Part shown: positions 1 through 13,203 of the stretch, piece after piece
Position numbering within the stretch: the stretch's first letter is position 1
How the letters are laid out: every line of letters starts with the position of its first letter
Source: Mobula hypostoma
Taxonomy: Eukaryota
DNA length: 64,000 nucleotides
Direction of reading: 5' to 3'
Assembly (NCBI RefSeq): GCF_963921235.1
Contig: NC_086097.1
Location: 66,528,001 to 66,592,000, forward strand
Program-made: the position numbers and the translations under genes
Notes under the pieces: generated by a model
What the model was told of the DNA's origin: nothing
Databases searched by the model: none
The model's input: the letters and a program-made list of their open reading frames with translations, nothing else

Positions 1-139
1 AGGAGAGAATAAAACAAACATAGCGTAAAACGAACTTAAATTATGCTTTTCTTCCAAATAACTTTTTCATGGGATGATTTGGCATGTTAGTAACTAATGG
101 AAAGAATTGTGAAATCCATCATAATACTCACTAAATGCA

Positions 140-395
140 AGAGGAACTCAGCAAATCAGGCAGCATCTATGTAAAGCAATAAATGGTAGAAGTTTTGGGC
201 CATGATCCTTCATCGGGACTGGAAAAGAAGGGGGAAGAAGCCAGAATAAGAAGGTGGGGGAGGGGGGAAGGAATACAAGATGGGAGATGATAGGTGAAGC
301 TAGATGAGGGAGAAGTGAGTGGGTAGGGAAGGGGAATGATGTAAGAAGCTTGGGAGGTGCTTGGTGGAAGAGGTAAAGGGCTGAAGAAGAAGAAA
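140..395 (-). mobile_element. Old Penelope-like element 3'/pLTR fragment
   Basis: Similar to the termini of the younger PLE copies (gaggaactcagca..caggcagcatct, degenerate hammerhead at about 188-220, purine-rich tract). Confidence 0.6.
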
Positions 396-2006
396 CGCCC
401 CATACACCGTCTAGGTAGTGTGACGAAAGACCAAGTATCATCATCTTATTTTTGTTATCTCCATTTCAACTGAGATTTGGCAGCAGCCTCCACCTTAGTA
501 ATATGTAATGCATTTCAACAATGCCTACAGCCCCTCTGCACATTGAGCATTACTTTAATCATCTTGCGCCAATTATCTTCTTATTACCTACTTGCATTTG
601 CAGGCCAGTGGAAGATGATTGGATATTCTGAAGCTACCGGTCATTCTCTCAGCCTATTATTATTCATCTACTTTTAATTTTCCCTTTCATTTTCTATTTT
701 TGTCCTTGCTTTTCTTTTTTCCCCTCATCTTCTCTTTCTTCTTCAGCTTTGGTTCTTTTTGTAGAATGTATAGGCCTACATCTGAAACATGTGCTCTTCA
801 AAAGTCACCATTATTCAGTTACAGTTTTACCCATGTTTGGTTTCAACTTTCTCGTAGTTTATTCCCTTCTCATTTCACCGATTAGCCCACCTCCAATTTA
901 AGACACATATCATTACAAAAGTTCCAGTTGCAAAAATAGTAAAGCCACTTAAACCTCTAAGTGGAATCCCCAAATATAAATGTTCTTTAATTTATCATAT
1001 TCAACCTACCAGTTATCCATGATAATCCCCTTAGTCTATGGTGATACACAGTGCTGCTCTTCATTAAGTGATTATCACCAGATGTTCACTGGTCTTTTGC
1101 ATCAATACCATTAAGTCCTAAGATCACTTTCCTTTATGAATAATCTTCCGCCTTTCTACATTATTCTTCCACCTGTACAACTTGTAAAAATTCATACCCA
1201 TCTCTATTTCAATAGCATAGCATAAATTACTGCTTGAGCAGAAAGACCCATTCAGCTCAGTTTTCCAACACTTTCACTCAGATGTTGCTCTGTGAGGATC
1301 CATAGTTTTCCAATTCCATTCATTAATGAAGGTTCTCTATCACTATTTGAGAATGGTGAAGTTCCTTCTTGTATCAAACTAGAATAAAATTAGCACCTAT
1401 TACTTCACATAAATATTTTTTTTATATAAAGTGGGACCCTTGTATTCAATTGTATCTTAAGGCCTAACTCTACTTATTATCTTTCACATGGCAGTAGTCT
1501 CTTGTACTAACCAGTTGTCATTTTCTGGCATCATATATTTCTTATCTTTAATTAATTTTTGTTCAAATAGTGAAACAATATGCTTTGTATGCTACCAAAG
1601 GTACCTTTACAGCAATTATTCAAATTCTTTTTCTCTTTTTTGCACCTATGGTCTGAGAGCACAAAACATGGAAATTTTTTTTCACTATAACTTATTTTAG
1701 GTAGTGCCCAATTATTAACTGCAAATTGAGAAAAATATAATGCTGTATATACATTATGGCAGTGGTTTGTTTCACAACTATTTGTAAGGCTTATAGCAAG
1801 TTTTTCTAAAAGAAACCAATAAAATAGATATGAAAAATTATTATATAAATTAACTACTTATTTTTCAAATACTCCAACTTAGTTAAACATACTAAACCAT
1901 ATCTTAAACATACATTTTAAGATGCTTTCAAATATTAATATACTTAATAATGGAAGTTATATTAGTTTATTCTTAATCTCAGAATTATGATATCACTAAA
2001 ACAGAC

Positions 2007-2570
2007 TCAATTCAAAGTTCAAAGTAAATTTATTATCAGAGTACGTATACTGAATGTCGGCATATACAACTCCGAAGTTCATTTTCTTTCAGGCACTGAA
2101 TCCACTGTAATCATTATGCGCCCATTTACACTCATTCCAAATATGAGAAAATCTGCAGATGCTGGAATTCCAAAGCAACACACACAAATTGCTGGAGGTA
2201 CTCAGCAGGCAAGGCAGCATCTACAGTCATTTCATTTTGCTCTCCCTATATTCCATCAAATTCCCAGAGATTTAATCTTTCACCTACATATATTTAAAAT
2301 ACAAGTTTATTTATCACATGTACATCGAAACATACAGTGAAATGTGTTGTTTGTGTTAACAACCTACACCATCTGAGAGTTACACCATCTTAATTTGTTA
2401 ATACTAAGTACAATTTACAAAGACCAACTAGCAACTTGTATATCTTTGGAAAATGTGAGGAGACCACATGGTCCCAGGAATAACCCATGCAAACTGGAGG
2501 CATGGAAAGAGCCAGATTGCTGGAGCTGTGATGCAGCAACTCTGCTCGATGTGCCACTATGCCTCCTACG
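2007..2570 (-). mobile_element. Cluster of short decayed repeats (Rex/Babar tail, PLE terminus at 2144-2225, V-SINE-like fragment at about 2400-2570)
   Basis: aaatctgcagatgctggaa PLE end; ttcaaagttcaaagtaaatttattatc LINE tail; degenerate V-domain-like sequence on the - strand. Confidence 0.45.
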
Positions 2571-4199
2571 CAACTCAGAAGTAGTGAACAAATTGTAACT
2601 GCATTCTGCATAATGAAGTACAACCCATGTATTTCAAAGCTTAGTTACTAAAGGGTTCTTTTTCAGTGAACAGTTACCAGTGTGAAAGATAAAATAAATA
2701 AAACCAATAAAGTATGACTGTGACTATGACTATGACAGGTAAGTAACTGCTTTATATTTAAATAAATAGATAACCCTGGAAAAGTATTAAATCTACTTCA
2801 AGTCTAATACTTTTTGCCTGGATAGTGGCCCACATCCACAAGATATTCATTATATCTTGGTGATATTTAATAATTAAATGTCATTATATTAATAATAAGA
2901 TTTTACTCTGACTTTCTAGTACAATTTAAGTATTTGTTTTAAAAAGATTGAACATACAGGTGTGGATAGGTTTCATTTACCAATTTGTTGTTAATTATTA
3001 GATCTTCCTTGTGTTGTTTTGCTTATTAATTATAATTTTGACACAGTTATTTGATGTTAGTTCATGTTTTCAATTCACACATTTATGGAAGTTACCAATA
3101 CTTTACAAGATCTGTTAAATAACAACAACTGACATTTATACCATGCCTTTAATATAGTAAAACTTCAGTAAATATGTCAGGGGGATATTATCACACAGCC
3201 AGATACATAAATAGATTTCAGAGCATATGCATAGTTGAAGTGAAATGTTTTAAAGAATGACACTTAGGATGAAAGGGGTAAAGTGGCAGAGTTGTTTCAA
3301 GCAAGTTGCAGAGCCTAGAGGTGAGACACTAAAGGCAGAGCCACAGGTAGTTTGTCTTGCATCAAGGATCATTAAATAGTTTAAAAATTGGAAGAATCAA
3401 AATGTAACCTTTGCTTTCTTTCACTTCTCCTTTCCAAACATGTCATAATAATAATGGGAAAAATTCTTCCCTTAACCTCATTTGCTCCAAGACCAACTCA
3501 GCCTAACTTTGTAACTAAGGTCCCCCATTCCAGGATTAATTCTCGTAAATATCTGCATTCTTTTAAGGACATTGATATTTGCCAACGTGCCATTGGTAAA
3601 TACTCTCTCAAAAATGTCTGCACCTTCAAAGGCCTTAAATAATAGGTCTCTCTTTCCTGGTATACTGTTTACTGCTATTAATTTACATTGCCTTTCTTAG
3701 ATATTTGCAGATATTTTTGAGGATGGTTGGACAGGAATAGATAAAGTGATGGAAAGGGTGAACTTGTTGGAGAGGCTTGAAAACAAGGATAAGTATTTTA
3801 TAACTGAGCTATTCATTAACAGGAAGCCAAGACAGAGCAGAAGCTACTGGGTGATAGGTGAATGGGACTTTGTTCCAGTTAGGATAAAGGCTGGTGAGTT
3901 GTGGATAAGCTTAAGTTTATTAAAGATGGAGGAAGAGAAAACAGCCTGGAATGCTTTTAAGTAATTAAGTTCAGAAATAACAAAGGTTTATACAACTGTT
4001 TCAGCAGAAGCTAAGATGAGGCAAGGTGGAATTAGGGAATTTCCAAGTGAAAATTGGTATCACAATGATCTTGCATCTGTTCACCCATGCTTTAAATAGT
4101 CAAACAACAGGAATTCTGCAGATGCTGGAAATTCAAGCAACATACATCAAAGTTGCTGGTGAACGCAGCAGGCCAAGCAGCATCTGTAGGAAGAGGTGC

Positions 4200-4235
4200 A
4201 GTCGACGTTTCAGGCCGAGACCCTTCGTCAGGACT
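4200..4235 (-). ncRNA. Minimal type I hammerhead ribozyme, intact core
   Basis: Minus strand reads AGTC-CTGACGA-AGG gtctcgg CCT-GAAAC-GTC-GACT: CUGANGA and GAAA core, stem I AGTC/GACT, stem II AGG/CCT, palindromic ACGT stem III. Confidence 0.85.
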
Positions 4236-5118
4236 AACTGAAGGAAGAGTGAGTAAGGGATTTGAAAGTTGGAAGGGGAGGGGGAGATCCAAAATGATAG
4301 GAGAAGACAGGAGGGGGAGGGATAGAGCTGAGAGCTGGACAGGTGATAGGCAAAAGGGGATACGAGAGGATCATGGGACAGGAGGTCCGGGAAGAAAGAC
4401 GGGGGGGGGGTGACCCAGAGGATGGGCAAGAGGTATATTCAGAGGGACAGAGGGAGAAAAAGGAGAGTGAGAGAAAGAATGTGTGCATAAAAATGAGTAA
4501 CAGATGGGGTACGAGGGGGAGGTGGGGCCTTAGCGGAAGTTAGAGAAGTCGATGTTCATGCCATCAGGTTGGAGGCTACCCAGACGGAATATAAGGTGTT
4601 GTTCCTCCAACCTGAGTGTGGCTTCATCTTTACAGTAGAGGAGGCCGTGGATAGACATGTCAGAATGGGAATGGGATGTGGAATTAAAATGTGTTACAGT
4701 AGAGGAGGCCTCCTCTACTGTAAAGATGAAGCCACACTCAGGTTGGAGGAACAACACCTTATATTCCGTCTGGGTAGCCTCCAACCTGATGGCATGAACA
4801 TTGACTTCTCTAACTTCCGCTAAGGCCCCACCTCCCCCTCGTACCCCATCTGTTACTCATTTTTATGCACACATTCTTTCTCTCACTCTCCTTTTTCTCC
4901 CTCTGTCCCTCTGAATATACCTCTTGCCCATCCTCTGGGTCACCCCCCCCCTTGTCTTTCTTCGCGGACCTCCTGTCCCATGATCCTCTCATATCCCCTT
5001 TTGCCTATCACCTGTCCAGCTCTCGGCTCTATCCCTCCCCCTCCTGTCTTCTCCTATCATTTTGCATCTCCCCCTCCCCCTCCAACTTTCAAATCCCTTA
5101 CTCACTCTTCCTTCAGTT

Positions 5119-5154
5119 AGTCCTGACGAAGGGTCTCGGCCTGAAACATCGACT
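5119..5154 (+). ncRNA. Minimal hammerhead ribozyme, CpG-mutated (GAAACATC)
   Basis: AGTC-CTGACGA-AGGGTCTCGGCCT-GAAAC-ATC-GACT; the stem III palindrome is broken by a G>A change. Confidence 0.75.
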
Positions 5155-5864
5155 GCACCTCTTCCTACAGATGCTGCTTGGCCTGCTGCGTTCACCAGCA
5201 ACTTTGATGTATGTTGCTTTAAATAGTCAAGATCACTTTCAGGACAGTTGCCAGACTAAGGGAAGTTATTGGCAACAAAAGAATTGCATTGGTAGAACAA
5301 AAGCTTTTTAACTAAAAAGAAAATCCATTCTACTTCCAGTACTGAATGAACAAGAAGTAGCCTAACTATATGGAGTACTTGCAGGGTTCAAAGCAAATGA
5401 TGAAGGAGAGCTGAGTGTTATAGGTGGCCTAGAAATTAGAAATGCTTTTGACCTACAGTCAATCTAAATTTCAGATTGGACAAAAAATAATTCGAGCTAT
5501 CTCTATTCATGGGCATACAAGTTGCAACAATGGGTGGTTTCCACCTATTTCCTCAGTACAAGGTTTAGTTTCCACGTTGACAGTGCAAAAAAAAGGATAT
5601 ACTGAAGTATTGGAAATTGGAACAACAATGAAACAGTTAAATTGTCCAATGCACTTTTTGCTCCATTACTTCACCAGCTAATTAGCAAAACAGAAAATTT
5701 ATCTCCCCACACCATCACTATCTATTCATATCCTTAAACTAATTTTGCCCTAGTTCTCCAGAAAGCATGCAAGATTATGCATTACATTTTTAGCCCTACA
5801 CAATTAAAACCATATGCATAAAATATCAAATTAATAAAGCATGCTTACATATTTGAATAGATAT

Positions 5865-6238
5865 TGTAGCGACTGCCTGAAAACAAACTAAAAGTCACTA
5901 AAAGGCTAAATGAAGGAATATTGCACTATATGATGTGCTTCCAACTAACTGAATTCTAAGTCGAAAAATTAAATTAAATTCTCTATTACAAACCAGCAAC
6001 AAAATCACTCAACTCGTCGGTAATTCATGTAAAACAAAAATGAATGAAACAAGTTTAATTGGATCAACTTCAAACAAGGAAGAGTAGTCAAATACGAACG
6101 GTCAACAAAAAATATGTGCTCCCTACTCACCCCATCACCTTGCTGCCATGCAGTTCAACAGGTAACTATATTAATTTATTTCTACTGCCACCCAATATCA
6201 CACGCCCTCTGCTAACTGCCGCCCAAACCCACATGACA
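5865..6238 (-). repeat. BEL/Pao 3' LTR, first part (split by insertions)
   Basis: Starts TGTAG on + and aligns with 21927-22300. Confidence 0.8.
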
Positions 6239-6379
6239 AATTATACTCAAAAGTATTACTTCCTCTAATAGTTTTTGTAGTTGTGATAGACAGCTTGAGG
6301 AGGAACGCAAGTATAATTTCAGACTATTTGTATCACGCAGGAATTTGGCAAATCTAGAAATTAACTTTAATTAGCCAAC

Positions 6380-8779
6380 ATAAGCCAACATCAAAGTCAG
6401 AGAGAGGGCGTATAATAGAGCAAAAATTAATGGGAAGTTAGAGGATTGGGAAGCTTTTAAAAATTAACAGAAGGCAACTAAAAAGTTATTAAGAAGGTAA
6501 AGATGGAATACATAAGACCAGAAGACATAGGAGCAGAATTAAGCCATCTGGCCCATCGAGTCCGTTCTGCCATTGAATCATGGCTGATCCTTTTTTTCTA
6601 TCTCCTCCTCAACCCCAGTTCCCGGCCTTCTCCCCGTAACCTTTGATGCCATGTCCAATCAACAATCTATCAATCTCTGCCTTAAATACACCCAGTGACC
6701 TGGCCCCCACAGCTGCACGTAGCAACAAATTCCACAAATTCACCAACCTTTGGGTAAAGAAATTTCTCCGCACCTCTGTTTTCAAAGGGCGCCCCTCTAT
6801 CCTGAGGCTATGCCCTCTTGTCCTAGACTCTCCTACCATGGGAAACGTCCTTTCCTCATCTACTCTGTCTAGGCCTTTCAACATTTGAAAGGTTTCAATG
6901 AGATCCCCACCCCCTCATCCTTCTGAATTCCAGTGAGTACAGACCAAGAGGAATACAAAAGTAAGCTAACCTATAATAATACAGAGGATACCAAAAGTTT
7001 CTTCAGACACATAAAGCATAAAATAGAGGCAAGAGTGGATTGGAGAGGTAGTAATGGGGAACAACAAAATGTCAGATGTGTTGAAGTATCTTGCATCAGC
7101 CTTCACTGTGGAAGACATTAGCAGTGTAGTAGAAGTTCCAGGTGACAGGTGGCTTGAAGTGTGTGAAGTTGCCATCACTAGAGAGAAGGTTCTTGGGAAA
7201 CTGAAGGGTCTGAAGGTAGATAAGTCACTTGGACCAGATGGTGTACACACCAAGTTTCTGAAAGAGGTGGCTGAAGAGATTGTGGAGGCATTAGTAGTGA
7301 TCTTTCAAGAATCATTAGATTCTGGCATTGTATCTGATGACTGGAAAATTGCAAATGCAACTTCACTCTTCAAGAAAGGAGAAAGGCAGCAGAAAGGAAA
7401 CTATAGACCTGTTAGCCTGACATCAATGGTTGGGAAGTTGTCGGAATCGATTGTTATGGATGAGATTACGGAGTACCTGGAGGCACATGACAAGATAGGC
7501 CAAAGCCAGCATGGTTCCCTGAAAGGAAAATCTTGCCTGACTAACCATCTGCAATTTTTTGAGGAAATTACAAGCAGGGTAGACAAAGGAGATGTAGTGG
7601 ATGTGATGTACTTGGATTTTCAGAAGGCCTTTGACAAGGTGCCACACATGAGGCTGCTTAGCAAGATAAGAGCCCTTGGAATAACAAGGAAGTTACTAGC
7701 ATGGGTGGAGCATTGGCTGATCAGCAGGAAACAGAGTGTGAATAAAGTTATCCTATTCTGGCTGGCTGCCAGTTACCATTGGAGTTCCACAGGGGTCAGT
7801 GTTGGGACCGCTGCTTTTTACGATGTATGTCAGTGATTTGGACTATGGGATTAATGGATTTGTGTCTAAATTTGCCAATGATACAAAAATAGGTAAAGGA
7901 GCGGGTAGTGTTGAGAAACAGAGAGCCTGCAGAGACTTAGATAGTTTAGGGGAATAGGTAAAGAAGTGGCAAATGAAATACAATGTTGGAAAGTGTACGG
8001 TCATGCACCTTGGTGGAAGATGTAAACAGGCAGACTATTATTTAGATGGGGAGAGAGTTCAAAATGCAGAGATGCAAAGGGACTTGGGGGTCCTCGAACA
8101 CAATACCCTAAAGGTTAACCTCCAGGTTGAGTCTGTGGTGAAGAAGGCGAGTGCAATGTTGGCATTCATTTCTAGAGGTATAGAATATAAGAGCATGGAT
8201 GTGATGTTGAGGCTCTACGAGGCATTCGTAAGACCACACTTGGAGTATTGTGTGCAGTTTTGGGCTCCTTATTTTAGGAAGGATATACTGACATTGGAGA
8301 GTGTCCAGAGAAGATTCATGAGAATGATTCCAGGAATGAAAGGGTTACTGTATGAGGAACGTCTGGCAGCTCTTGTGCTGTATTTCCTGAAGTTCAGGAG
8401 AATGAGGGGGAACATTCCAAATGTTAAAAGGCCTGAACAGATTATATATGGCAAAGTTATTTCCCATGGTAGGGGAGTCTAGGCAAGAGGGCACGACTTC
8501 AGGATTGAAGAACACCCATCTAGAACAGAGATGCAGAGAAATTACTTTAGTCCGGTGTGGGTAAATCTGGGAATTTGTTGCTACGAGTGGCTGTAGAGGG
8601 CAAGTTAGTAGGTGTATTTAAGGCAGAGATAGATTCTTGATTAGCCAGGGCATCAAAGGGTTTGGGGAGAAAGCTGGGGAGTGGGAATGACTGGAAGAAT
8701 TGGATCAGCCCATGATTGAATGGTGGAGCAGACTCGATGGGCCAAATGTCCTACTTCTGCTACTATATCCTAGGGTCTT
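6380..8779 (+). mobile_element. CR1-clade LINE, 5'-truncated and frameshifted
   Basis: ORFs 7054-7836 ([22 protein letters not shown]) and 7973-8482; CR1-type 3' tail. Confidence 0.9.
6513..6949 (-). mobile_element. CR1 3' fragment nested in a CR1
   Basis: ORF 6609-6884 (RTRGHSLRI..FFTQRLVNLWN); TSD ggaataca at 6505-6512 and 6950-6957. Confidence 0.85.
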
Positions 8780-9248
8780 ATGGTTCAAATGAGGTTCATG
8801 AAAATGATTCCAGTATTGAATGGCTTGACATATGAAGAGTGTTTGATGGTTCTGGGCCTGTATTCACCAGAATTCAGCAGGATGAGGGGGCAACCCATTG
8901 AAATCTATCGAATGGTGAAAAGCCTTGATAGAGTGGATGTGGAGAGGATGTTTTCCATTGAGGGGACATCCTCAGAATCGAGGGGCATCCTTTTAGAATG
9001 GAGATGGAGTAATTTCTTTCGCCCAAGGGTGGTGAATCTGTGGAATTCTTTGCCACAGGCAGCTATGGAGGCCAAGTCTTTATGTATATTTAAGGCAGAG
9101 GTTGATAGATTCTTGATCAGTCAGAGCATGAAGGGATATGGGAGGAAATTGGGGCTGAGAGAAAAATTGGATCAGCCATGATGAAATGGTAGAGCAAACT
9201 TGATGGGCCAAATGGCCTAATCCTGCTCCTATATCTTATGGTCTTATT
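8780..9248 (+). mobile_element. CR1 3' fragment in tandem with the previous copy
   Basis: ORF 8780-9181 is a CR1 C-terminus; tail tatatcttatggtctta. Confidence 0.85.
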
Positions 9249-9329
9249 AAATATAATGTGTTTAATTGCATAATGGTGATGTAGCTTTGCAATAGTTCAA
9301 CTAAGCTAAGAATGTTTTGTAGATTATTT

Positions 9330-10820
9330 TTGTATTACTCAGTGTCTTACTCATTTAAGTGTCCAACAATGATCAGCCAACGTTGCTGGTTTCCAGTTGC
9401 CCTGATAGTTCTGCATGACCACAATGTCCTGGTGAAACCTTTCACAGTGTTCGTCATTGACAGCACCAAGATCTGCAGGGAAGAAGTCTAATTGAGAATG
9501 TGGAAAATGAATCATTAATGACATGTAGCCCTAAATGGCTTTGTATGCTTGAAGCATGTTGTCAACCAGCTGCACGTAGTTTGGTGCTCTGTAGTTGCCA
9601 AGAAAATGTTCAACATCCTTAAATGCATTCCATGCAATTTTCTCCGGTCCCACTAAAAGTTCTTTGAATTGCCTGTCATTGATGAGCTGTCTGATTTGTG
9701 GACCAACAAAAATGCCTTCCTTAATCTTGGCATCAGTTATTCTGGGAAACATCTGTCTTAGATATCGAAATCACAACAAACTTTGTGCCTGATGACAACA
9801 AATTCCATCAATGCAGTCTTGAACCCAATAATTCTGCTTTTGCCTTTGACAAACCCAACTCTCTGACCAAGTCATTTAACTCAGAATGAGTGATCAGATG
9901 AGGCTCACTCAACAAAGGGTTCAAAATCTGTATTAGTATCAGTTTCATTTTCCATTCCTGACTCATGCATCATGGTATCTTCACCTGCTTCCTCTAGACT
10001 CTATGTCTCTGGTGGCTTCAGTACTGGAGACTATCATCATGCAGCACAAGTCTCATGGCTGAAGGGAGATTGGGGTATTCAATGGATTGCTTGCTTTTAG
10101 CAGAGAACCCAAACACGTTGACAGACAGAAATAGTTGTTTGTCACATGATCCTTCTGCTCTCAGCATATTATCAGGACAGCAAACGGAATAGATTTCCCA
10201 GTATCTCTGAGCCAAGCTCCAAGATTGACAACGCATGTTGCACAACAAATGTAAGGAGCGTTGGCCTTGTCCTGGTTGTCAATTTTACACCCCAAGTGGA
10301 GCTCATAGGCTTTTTTTTAAAAATAAGAGGAGTCATGCTTCAGCTTTAAGATTTAAACATATATTCTCCACAAATATAACAAAACATTAGTGAGCCATTT
10401 TGCTATCACAAGTAGTACTAAAAATACAAGTACTTCCTATTAAAATGAGTACACACAATATGCTGTGCGTATAAAGAATGAGCATCAACGTGACCGCAAA
10501 CCGAAATGTATGTAAGCACAATGCAGAGAACAGTGTGTGCTTGATGATTTTATAACCTTTCCTAAACCCATCTTGCTATGCAGTATCCACTCTGCCTAAG
10601 CATGCCCAGGCATGCCTTGACAAGATGGAAAACTTTTCAGCTTACATTGTGGGCAACATTTTAATTGACATGCACTCTGAATTGAAATAACAAATATAGA
10701 TGATTTCAAGAAAATGGTGCATGATAGGGAAATTTCATGGTGAGTTTTCATGATCAACAGTCCAAAAACAATAGGATACACCCAAAAGTATTCAGAAAGC
10801 AAAATCTTTGTTGTCCAGTG
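9330..10820 (-). mobile_element. Chapaev3-like (CMC superfamily) DNA transposon remnant
   Basis: FCYICGEY near 10360-10385; AKIKEGIFVGPQIR..FLGNYRAPNY at 9531-9752; LADHCW near 9360-9380; terminus CACTGGACAAC at 10820 on the - strand. Family assignment is from recalled motifs. Confidence 0.7.
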
Positions 10821-10832
10821 TTACCTTAACCC

Positions 10833-10896
10833 AGAGTGAGGATAAACAACACAACTACAATAAAGGCAGACAACAAAGTGATACACAGCTCCTACA
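10833..10896 (-). repeat. BEL/Pao 3' LTR, second part
   Basis: agagtgagga..ctcctaca matches 22301-22364; adjacent polypurine tract (tccccgtcccc on +). Confidence 0.8.
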
Positions 10897-11119
10897 TCCC
10901 CGTCCCCAATTATAGCACTATAAGAATTACAACCACATATTACAAAATAGAAGACATGAAATCTTCGAGGATAAATGTTTACATATTATTTTAATATTTA
11001 TGCAAATATTTTCCTTCTTCTTTAAACCAAGTCATGTAACACCCATCTAGGCCAGACGTTCCTAGTGTTTAGACCAGTAAAGAGTGATTTGTTACCACCA
11101 CTCTCAGTTAATTCAATAA

Positions 11120-11965
11120 GTCAAGTCAGAATCAGAATCCGGTTTATTATCACCAGCATGTGACGTGAAATTTGTTAACTTAGCAGCAGCAGTTCAATTC
11201 AATACATAATATAGAAGAAAATAATAGTAAGTAAATCAATTTACAGCATACGTATATTGAATAGATTAAAATCACACAAAAAAATGGAATAATTGTATAT
11301 TAAAAAAGTGAGGTAGTGTTCACAGGTTCAATGTCCATTTAGGAAATGGATGGCAGAGAGGAAGAAGCTGTTCCTGAATCACTGAGTGTGTGCCTTCAGG
11401 CTTCTGTACCTCTTACCTGATGGTAGCAGTGAGAAAAGGGCATGTCCTGTGTGCTGGAGGTCCTTAATAATGGACACTGCCTTTCTGAAACACTGTTCCT
11501 TGAAGATATCCTTGGTACTTTGTACCCAAGATGGAGTCGACTAAATTTCAACCCTCTGCAGCTTCTTTTGGGCCTGTGCAGTAGCCTGCTACACCAGACA
11601 GTGATACAATCTGTCAGAATGCTCTCCATGGTACATCTATAGAAGTTTTTGAGTGTATTTGTTAACATACCAAATCTCTTCAAACTCCTAACACGCTGTC
11701 TTGCTTTCTTTAAAACTGCATCGATTTGTTGGGATCAAGTTAGTTCCTCAGAGATCTTGACACCCAGAAACTTGAAACTGCTCACTCTCTCCACCTCTGA
11801 TTCCTCTATGAGGATTGGTATGTGTTCCTTCCTGAAGTCCTCAATCAGCTCTTTCGTCTTACTGACGTTGAGTGCAAGGTTGTTGCTGTGACACCTCTCC
11901 ACTAGTTGGCATATCTCTCTCTCCTGTACACCCTCTCGTCTCCATCTGAGATTCTACCAACAATG
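11120..11965 (-). mobile_element. Rex1/Babar-like LINE 3' fragment
   Basis: KRFGM..LKNFYRCTMESILTDCITVW (DUF1891-type C-terminus); (ttctga)n tail. Confidence 0.8.
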
Positions 11966-13106
11966 GTGAAAGTTAATGTCATGAAGTCAAACAACCAAAA
12001 TAAGTGAAGCTCCTAGAGCTGTAGCTGTTGCTTCTCCAACTATATATAAAAAAAGACAGATCTTGGTTATAGGCCTGTCCAGACAGCTGGTTTTGGTCTT
12101 GACGCACCTGCCACATAAATCCTCTTCTGCCTGGAAAGGGTTGCATAACTCTTCCTCTTATCCATGAATTGTGAGGCGCTGTATCATCAATTATAAGCAC
12201 AATGTCTCCTGGGAGGAAATTGCACTTTATACCTGACTATTTCTGACATTCCTGTAACTGTGGTAAGTACTCCTTAACCCACCATTTCCAAAACAGGTTT
12301 GACATATATTAGACCTGCTTCCATCTATGATGAGCATAAATGTCTTACTTTTGGAACTCTCCTGGTGACAAGGGTGGTGAGAAGCAACAAATGGTTGGGT
12401 ATAGTGCATCCAAGTCATTGGGATCAAAGGATGCCTTTGTAATTGGAACACCATTGATAACAGCCTGTACTTCACAAATGACTGTGAAAACCAACTGTGT
12501 CAAGGTTTTGTATATTTATGCTGGAAGTGATGCTCTTTCGCGCAGACCTGATCAATCTCTCCCATGTTCCCCCATAATGTGAGCCAGCTGGGGAGTTAAA
12601 AATCCACTTAATTTCTTTCTGAAGAAGGACATCACTGATCTACGAATGGTTCCACTTGTCGTCGGAAATCCAGTATTTTTAGCACAACCTGGACAACACA
12701 TGGTTATGCCCACCATGTTCCATCTCCTAATGTAAATTCCTCAGAAAGATGTCTGAGATATGGAGATTCTTTGCCACTATAACAGTTTGCTTAGACTCTT
12801 CAGGCATAGCTGACCTACTAAGTCGTCAACCTACGCTCAAGATATCATCTTGAAGTTCTGAATTGAGCTTGAAAAATATGGCTGTTCCTTTTCAGTTTCT
12901 CCCCTTTACAAACTTGAGAATTCATCTGGAAATCTTTTTCTTTGACAAAATCCAGTGATCTCCATTTCAGTCTCTCTGAGCTCCTCCACTGAGAGACAAC
13001 CTCAGCCGATCTGACCTTTGGCCCTTTCCATCTCTCTCTCTCTTTCCCCCCCCCCCCCCCAAAGAATGCCTTTGTTTTTCATACAAATCAGACAGGGCAA
13101 GTGTGA

Positions 13107-13203
13107 GTTAGTCCTGACGAAGGGTCTCGGCCTGAAACGTCGACTGCACCTCTTCCTACAGATGCTGCTTGGCCTGCTGCGTTCACCAGCAACTTTGATG
13201 TAT
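13107..13203 (+). mobile_element. 97-bp PLE-derived insertion made mainly of a hammerhead ribozyme
   Basis: 13-bp TSD agggcaagtgtga at 13094-13106 and 13204-13216; intact hammerhead at 13110-13145. Confidence 0.9.
13110..13145 (+). ncRNA. Minimal type I hammerhead ribozyme, intact core
   Basis: AGTC-CTGACGA-AGGGTCTCGGCCT-GAAAC-GTC-GACT; predicted cleavage after C13141. Confidence 0.85.

Larger units (their letters stand above)
4104..5214. mobile_element. Palindromic (head-to-head) Penelope-like element insertion
   Basis: Near-identical inverted arms 4135-4646 and 4707-5219. Both encode the GIY-YIG C-terminus (LLYCKDEATLRLEEQHLIFRLGSLQPDGMNIDFSNFR*). Direct repeat tgctttaaatagtcaa at 4088-4103 and 5215-5230. 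Confidence 0.9.

Noticed and set aside
4530..4823. Mirror-image 84-aa ORFs on both strands
   Set aside because: Artefact of the PLE palindrome.
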